A DNA stretch of 64,000 nt, from the NCBI GenBank assembly GCA_028023455.1, contig JAQFVV010000001.1, positions 9,982,001-10,046,000 on the forward strand, read 5' to 3'. The notes under the pieces are model-generated. The model was not told where the DNA came from. It made no database searches and saw only the letters and a program-made list of their open reading frames with translations. This DNA is from Epiperipatus broadwayi. Its lineage: Eukaryota > Animalia > Onychophora. Below, one piece after another: positions 56,950 to 64,000 of this stretch. Both the position numbers and the translations under genes were made by a program. Position 1 is the first letter of the stretch. Each line of letters starts with the position of its first letter.

Positions 56950-57330
56950 TAAAAATTTTATTGCATATTTGTCTAAGGGGACAACCAATGGATGGTTTCA
57001 GTTTAAGGTCACCCAGGGTTGCTAATGAATGCAGGCAGAGGCTAAAGATAAACATTACTCAAAAATTGCAGTACTACCTGTGTGAGTAGAGTCAATGGTA
57101 ATTAAATATTATGAGGATTGGATTGGGGATCAAATTGTATGGTTCACCACTGAAAAGTGGATGTCTCTGGCCAAAGAGGTGCATCTGCTTCTAATCAAGA
57201 GTGCATTAGAGCAGAAAGTAAAGATGTGCTAAATCTAGGATTTAGGGTTGCAAGGAGTATCCCCAGCTTCTGTGGAATCTAGACTGGCACTAATCTATGA
57301 GTGTCTGGTCTGCCTTCAAGCAGTTTGACC
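56950..57330 (+). pseudogene. Possible decayed Gypsy integrase
   Basis: GHPG (~57006) and a GVSP..ES/D.GTN-like segment (~57255-57295); weak. Confidence 0.28.
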
Positions 57331-57449
57331 ATATGATGCATGAACTATAAAGATAAAATGTGAATAATAATAATATGACAATTGCTACTCATATAGGAAG
57401 GTAGGAACAGAAATATGTAGATGTATAAACAATAAATTATGAAGCCTTC

Positions 57450-57960
57450 CATCTACATGAATAAACATTATGAAACTTATTTTGAAATACACATGAGGAT
57501 CCCCAGTTAACCACATATGATTATTTTAAAAGTGAAACCTGCTCACAATAATAATTTTAATAATCTTAAATTTAAAAAATTAAATCAAACAACATTTGAG
57601 CATTAGGGAGAATAATTACCTCTAAAATAGACAATTTTGTTAGTATTACTTCTACATAATAAAATATTGAATTATAATTATTGCCACATTTACAGGAGCA
57701 AAGAGAATTATTAATTTAGTGGCATGTGAAATAACAATTTAAACAGAGTTAATATATTATTTTATTATGAATATTTTTAATAAAACCATATTTCAAAATA
57801 TGTGTTGGGTTACATATATGGAACAACATGACAGACAAACAAAATGATTTATAAATTAATTGAATAGAAATACGTTCACCATCCTTCATTAATTCTATAC
57901 ATAATTCTAAGAATTAACACATAACTTTCCTTGACATGATGGGGATATGAGAAAAAACTA
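57450..57960 (+). pseudogene. Decayed Penelope-type RT fragment
   Basis: M/GSPV (~57494) and HHPSLI...HITFLDM (~57878-57940). Confidence 0.4.
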
Positions 57961-60900
57961 AGAAAAACAATTTATATAATGTTATTATTACTTTTAAAAT
58001 TTAATAGTTTTAAATTTGGTGTCTTCTTGGCTTACTCCATTCCTTGGGATTTTGAGAGCAGAGAAATGTAAACACGTTTAATGAATTGACATTTAACTCC
58101 ATCATCCAAGGTAATATACATAAATAAAAATGAAAATTACATTTCTGATTTATTAAATGATTAATCCAGTAGCTTTAACAATAATAATAAATATTATATA
58201 TACAACTTACACGGTTAAGATTAGCTAATGAAATATATTAAAGAAAATCGAGTTACAATTAAAACTTTGTAATGAAATGAAAGCATTTTTTACCAGTAAT
58301 AAGATGATGACTTTCAGATTTCTTCTACACAGATGGATAGACGGATTCATGATCTTTGGACTGGCAATTCCCCCTTACATGCTTATATATGTTATTTTGA
58401 GCATTTGTTCCCCTTTTTGGTTCTTAATGGATTTCATACTGCCCTTGCTTCTAATTGATGTTCTATTAATTCTTTGCTTCCCCATGCCTTATGTGCAGCA
58501 AAATTATTTCAGTTAGACAAAATATAGTGCAATTTTGCTTTAAAATTTTAATATATCAATGTTTATTGGAGATTTTTTGAAATATAATTATCCAATGAAC
58601 AAGTTTTATTGTTTTTTTTTTTAACTTTTCACAATTTTTTTGTCTATTTATCCATATTTACCCACAATAATTTTATCATTTAATTGTTTCTTAAATCTAG
58701 TATTTTGTGCATCTACTTAAAAATATTCTACTATATTATCACAATAAAAATTAAAAATGTACTGGTGATAAACCTTAATTATCTAGATTTCTGTATTCTC
58801 TTTGATATAAATCTTTATCTCTATAATATTCTTTATTTTTTATTTATAATGAGTGTCACTTTGGTTGACTTCCAATACTTGTGCCTTTATAGTAAATTAT
58901 GTGCCCATTTTTTAAATTAATTTTTCTTCTAACATTAACAAAATCTAAAAATAACTTATTTAAAATTAGATAACTCATCTTCAAATCCATGCAATATTTT
59001 TTTTTCATTTGACAGGAATGTAGTTATTCTAGGCATATAGTAAGCATTATTGAATGGCAGTTACAAACCATCATTTTTGTTATGATTTTATACTTTACAA
59101 TGTAAAAAAGGCATAATTTATTCTGAGTTCTCTTTATGTATACGTGCACACATACAACCTGTTATCAAAAAAAAATCAATCAATGTTTCACTTAAAAACA
59201 TTGGTATTTTTTATCTTCAGAGGTTCCATCTTTCTACATAATGTTTATTTGAGAGCAACATATTCAAATTGATATACCCTGAGAACAATCATAAGATAAT
59301 AGCAGCTGCAACCACAAATCATATGGATAGAAAATTAGGATTTTTATCTGCTTAGGTTCATTAAGATATCAAAAGAAATTCAATGATTTTTTATCAATTA
59401 ATAACGTTTTTTTTTTTTTTGTAATCCTTATCTTACATATAAAATTTAAATTTAATATTGTTAAATTGCATAATATAATAAATATAGATGCATAATAATT
59501 TATTATTTAACATTTCACGACCTATTATAATAGGTTACTTTTACATTTCAAGTATAAAATTACAATCATTCCCCCCCCCCCATAATTGACGTCTATATCT
59601 CAATTCGAAGAGACAGTTGTTAATAATATACATATCTATGGTTTCTTTGGCGAATAGTTTGAAACAAAATATTCATTCACTATTGCTAACAAATAATAAA
59701 AAAAAAACTTTGATTCAAATTTACATTTGAAACAAAAATGATGCTTTAAACTTAGAAATCTATTTATTACAATTCTAGAAAAGGTAAATGCCATGCAAAA
59801 AATAATATCTATTGAAATTTATAAAAACCATTTTATGTAAATAAATAGACATTGTTCAAATCTTATATTTACTTATTTTTTAGACAATGTTATATATTTG
59901 TGTTTCTTATGAGGAGATAAATAGATTTTTTTAAAAAAAGAAATAAGTAAAACGTTTATTTTAAAAGCTCTTTTTTTTCATTATTTATTGACGAATAAAC
60001 ATTTTACTTTGTATTTTATAAAAATATTAAATAACAATTTTTGTAAAAATAAACGATTTATTATTTTTTAAGAAAATTATTAAAATTAACGGCTCATGTA
60101 GTAACTATTCCAAGTTAACTTTTATAAATTAAAGACGAAACAATTTTTATTCCTTCTAAATATATGTATACCTCTTTAACCTATCTTTAATTATTGATTA
60201 TTAATTTTATTTTGTTTTGCATATTTATATGTCTTTTTAACCCGATCTTTAATTGTTGATTATATATTTTTAATATTTTTGCTTAGTTCGTCTATCTATC
60301 TAAATATCCATTTATCTATCTACTTATCCATCCATCTGTTTATTTTTACGTTTATATATCTCGCCATATGTTTATTTATGTCAATATAAATGTAATTTTA
60401 AAGCATTTTTAAGCGTATTTAGCCCTATATTTGAATTATCTTTTTTTTTCAAAGATCCAAAACTCAATTATTCATGTGTACTTATATATTTCAGATTATA
60501 ACTATATTATATATCTTTTTTTTTTTTTTTAGATTATAACTGTTTTCATTAGATTAGAAAAGAGACTTAAACACCCAATAAATATGCGAAAAACTATTAG
60601 CTTATATCTTTCTTATATCTTTAAAAAAGCCAGTCGTTTGATCTTAAAACTAGATATTAGATTATGATCTCACAGCATTATATTTTTTTTAGAAATATAT
60701 TTTCTTATTAGTTATATTATCTTATAGCCAATTATTACTTTATATTTATGTATTTGTAAAAATTCTTTCAAAATAAAACTAATTTTTTATATAATTTATA
60801 TATTGTATCAAAACCTAATAATTTAGAATAGCATATTCATAAAACAATAATTACTTCTGCTTTGGAGATTCTTAAATTACATACACACACACACACACAT

Positions 60901-62072
60901 ATATATATATATGGAACATTAATAATAAACTTATAATTATATAAATATAATGAATCTATTGTATCCATTAAAATTAAAGATTGAAGAAAACAAATTATTC
61001 CAGTTATATTTAAATAAATTTTTAAATCACTTCACTACTATATATAAACAAATCTAAAATCATCAAACAATGAGATCTATCTTTATAATTTATTTTTAAA
61101 GATGATGACTAACTAATCAATATATATATATTAAACAAAGACTTCTACTAAATTCAAATATACACATCTAACTATATAAATTTTACCTCTAAATATATAA
61201 ATGAATAATAATATAACTACAAACCAAATAATAAATAAATATAAATTATCTTTTATTATTTATAAATTCAATTAATTCATAAAACTTCATTAAAAGAAAA
61301 TAAGAATAATATATATCCTCTTTAAAAACAAAATAAAAAACAAATAGTACATCCTTTATTTTATATTTCAACTTTAAATAATATTATTTTTAAATATAAA
61401 TACAAAAATAATATAATTTGTAATAAGTATATATATTAAATATATAAAACATTTTCCTAACCATAAATAAATATAACAATTCATATATAACTTCAACCTA
61501 TAAATACATTTTAAATTTTTAATTATTTAATAATATTTATACTTAATATTATATAAAACAAATCTTAAATACACTTATAAAATATTTTATAATAAAAATA
61601 AATAAAAAAATAAAAAAAATATACAATCTCAAAATATATTAATATACCATAATATAAAATTATAAATATTTTTAAATTATTTACTAATTTTCCTTTCCAA
61701 ATAATTTACATATCTTTACTTTATTTAAAAATTAAATTATTATTTAAAGAAAATTTTATCTTAATATTTTTTTAAAATTCTTTTTAAAAAAAAAAACCAT
61801 TAAATTTTCTTATATTTATTGTTTTTTAGATTTATTTTTCCTCCAACGAAAATATATTGATTTTTTGTTCTAAATTGAAAAATAATTATTTACCAAAAAT
61901 TTTTTAGTATTTTGAAGAAGTAATTTTATGACTAAATATAACTTTTTTCATTTTTTTCTATATCTATTCCATATAATATTATTTATTTATTATCTTTTAA
62001 ACTCTAAATAAAAATATATATATATATATATAATTTAATTGAAAATTTGTTAAAACATTTCTTTTCAATTTA

Positions 62073-62100
<28 letters not shown>

Positions 62101-62107
<7 letters not shown>

Positions 62108-62647
62108 CAAGTTATAAATTTCATAACTTGTTTTTAAGCTTGCATTTTATGATCACTAAATGGAGCTTACCAATAGCTCTAAACAAGCTTTGTTTTTATA
62201 AGTGCCCAAAAAAATAGAATTTAAAATCTCTATCGTTATACCCACCTCCAGACCAGCTGGTTTCAGGCTTATGGATCACAGGCTGGGAGACTAGAAACTA
62301 GAACTACAATACCAACTCAAAAGTCAGCACTTATAAAACACATTTCTATCAATTTGAAAGCATGAACTAATCAGACATGTATAGCTATCTAGTTTGTCAG
62401 TCTGAATTTGAAGACATTTACGTGTCTGATAAGTTCATGCTTTCAAATTGATAGAAATGTGTTTTGTAAGTGCTGAATTTTGAGTTGGTATTTTAGTTAT
62501 AGTTTCTAGTCTCCCAGCCCTCCACTGATATGAGCCATAAGCTCGAAACCAGCTGGTCTGGAGGTGGTAATAACAATAGAGATTTAAAATTCTATCTCTT
62601 TTGGCACTTATAAAAACAAAGCTTGTTTAGAGCTCCTAATGATCATA
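62101..62647. mobile_element. Family A (diverged subfamily) fold-back between two (TA)n tracts
   Basis: ~62148-62381 is the reverse complement of ~62420-62647; the spacer is sense family A sequence (TAGCTATCT...TTTGAAGACATTA). Confidence 0.88.
62519..62564 (+). ncRNA. Hammerhead motif with damaged core (family A subfamily)
   Basis: CCTCCA CTGATAT GAGC cataa GCTC GAAA CCAGCTGG TC TGGAGG; all three helices perfect, G8/A9 mutated. Confidence 0.72.
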
Positions 62648-64000
62648 TATATATATATATATATATACGTGTGTGTGTATATATATATATATATATACGT
62701 GTGTGTGTGTATATATATAAAAGAAGTAAAAGAACTATTATATGTATGAAAGGTTTTATTTTTGATTTGTTTAGGAGCTTCTAAAAATCATTATTACATT
62801 TACTAACTTAAAGTCAATTATTAAGTTATAATATATAAGCAATTTTTATTTATAATTTATATTTCAAACATTTTAAATAAATTACAAGACATTAAGATAA
62901 TTAAAGTTACAACAACAGCAAAAAAATAACAGCCTTTAGTATAATTCACATTTTTCTACTGAAAGAAAAATTCTTAGATGAAATGAAATAAGGATTGGAT
63001 ATTACTTTATATCGTTTTTTTGTTGAAAACATTAAAATTTAGTATTAAGCATACTATATTAAAAATATTTTGTTAAGGAAAGAATAACTAATAATTAGTT
63101 TAACTTAGATTTTTAAAAACATAAATATTGTTATAAAATATTTGTTATATAAATATTTTAACAAGTTATTTAAAATTATATTTTTCTTTTATGAATGCTA
63201 TTTTTTTTCCCCTGTGTACTGATTATACGAAAATTATGAAACAATATGCAATAATTCAGCATATAAAATTTCTGATGTATTCAAAAGTTTAAATCAAATT
63301 CTAATTAAACCAACAATTCCTAAGGGTATCAAAATTAAAGCAAACTCTTTTTTGAAAATCAATTGATATTATGTGGAAAAATTTTTAGAAAAATATAAGT
63401 TGTAAAAAAAAAAAAAATTATAACAGTTAATTCTAAAAACCACACTTTTAAATATATATATATATATAACAAAAAAATTGCTCTTTAAGATCAAAGATTT
63501 TGACAATGCTGTAGTAATCCATATCACAACCTTTTTACAAAAAAAAAATTTTTTTTTTATATAACATGAAGCTATATACTAACAATTAATTTTTAGATAA
63601 CATATGCTGATCATTCTTACAGATCTTGCTTGCTAAATAAATCATTATTTGCATTAATAAAAAGTAAATACTTGATTATTGTAATATTTTCAAGTAAATA
63701 TCTTTTATTAAACAACTAAACTCAGTAATATTATTAAAGTTAACTTTTTTATATTAATAATTTATTCTGTATGATAACAAATTAAAAGTTTTTTGCACAA
63801 TAAATTTTTTAATGCTAAATTTTGATTTTCTATATTAATATCATACTTCATCATACAATATTGGGATAGTAATTGTACAGTCATATAATTGAAAAATTTA
63901 CTAAAATATTAAAAATATTTACAAAATACAAAAATGTTTACTTATTTTATTTCTTAATTATTAATTGCAGTAATATATTTTTAAATTGTTTTTAAATTCA

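Overview
Very AT-rich, CpG-depleted eukaryotic (probably animal) DNA with no convincing intact host gene. It is dominated by (TA)n and tetranucleotide microsatellites and by decayed transposons: Penelope-like elements (RT plus GIY-YIG), an L1/Tx1-type LINE, other LINE scraps, a probable Helitron-type PIF1 helicase relic and possible Gypsy integrase scraps. The most notable structure is that most long inverted repeats (fold-backs of 100-800 bp) belong to at least six unrelated non-coding families. Their arms carry minimal type I hammerhead-ribozyme motifs (CUGANGA ... GAAA, self-complementary helix III, NUH site) arranged head-to-head and pointing outward. One family (A) also occurs as ~400-nt tandem units. 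Many copies end at (TA)n tracts, as do the Penelope relics, three of which carry hammerhead-like motifs at their 3' ends. Best reading: Penelope-mobilised, (TA)n-targeted hammerhead retrozymes with a fold-back architecture. Ribozyme activity, circular RNAs and the mobilising enzyme are inferred, not shown. All motif calls were made by eye without database searches.
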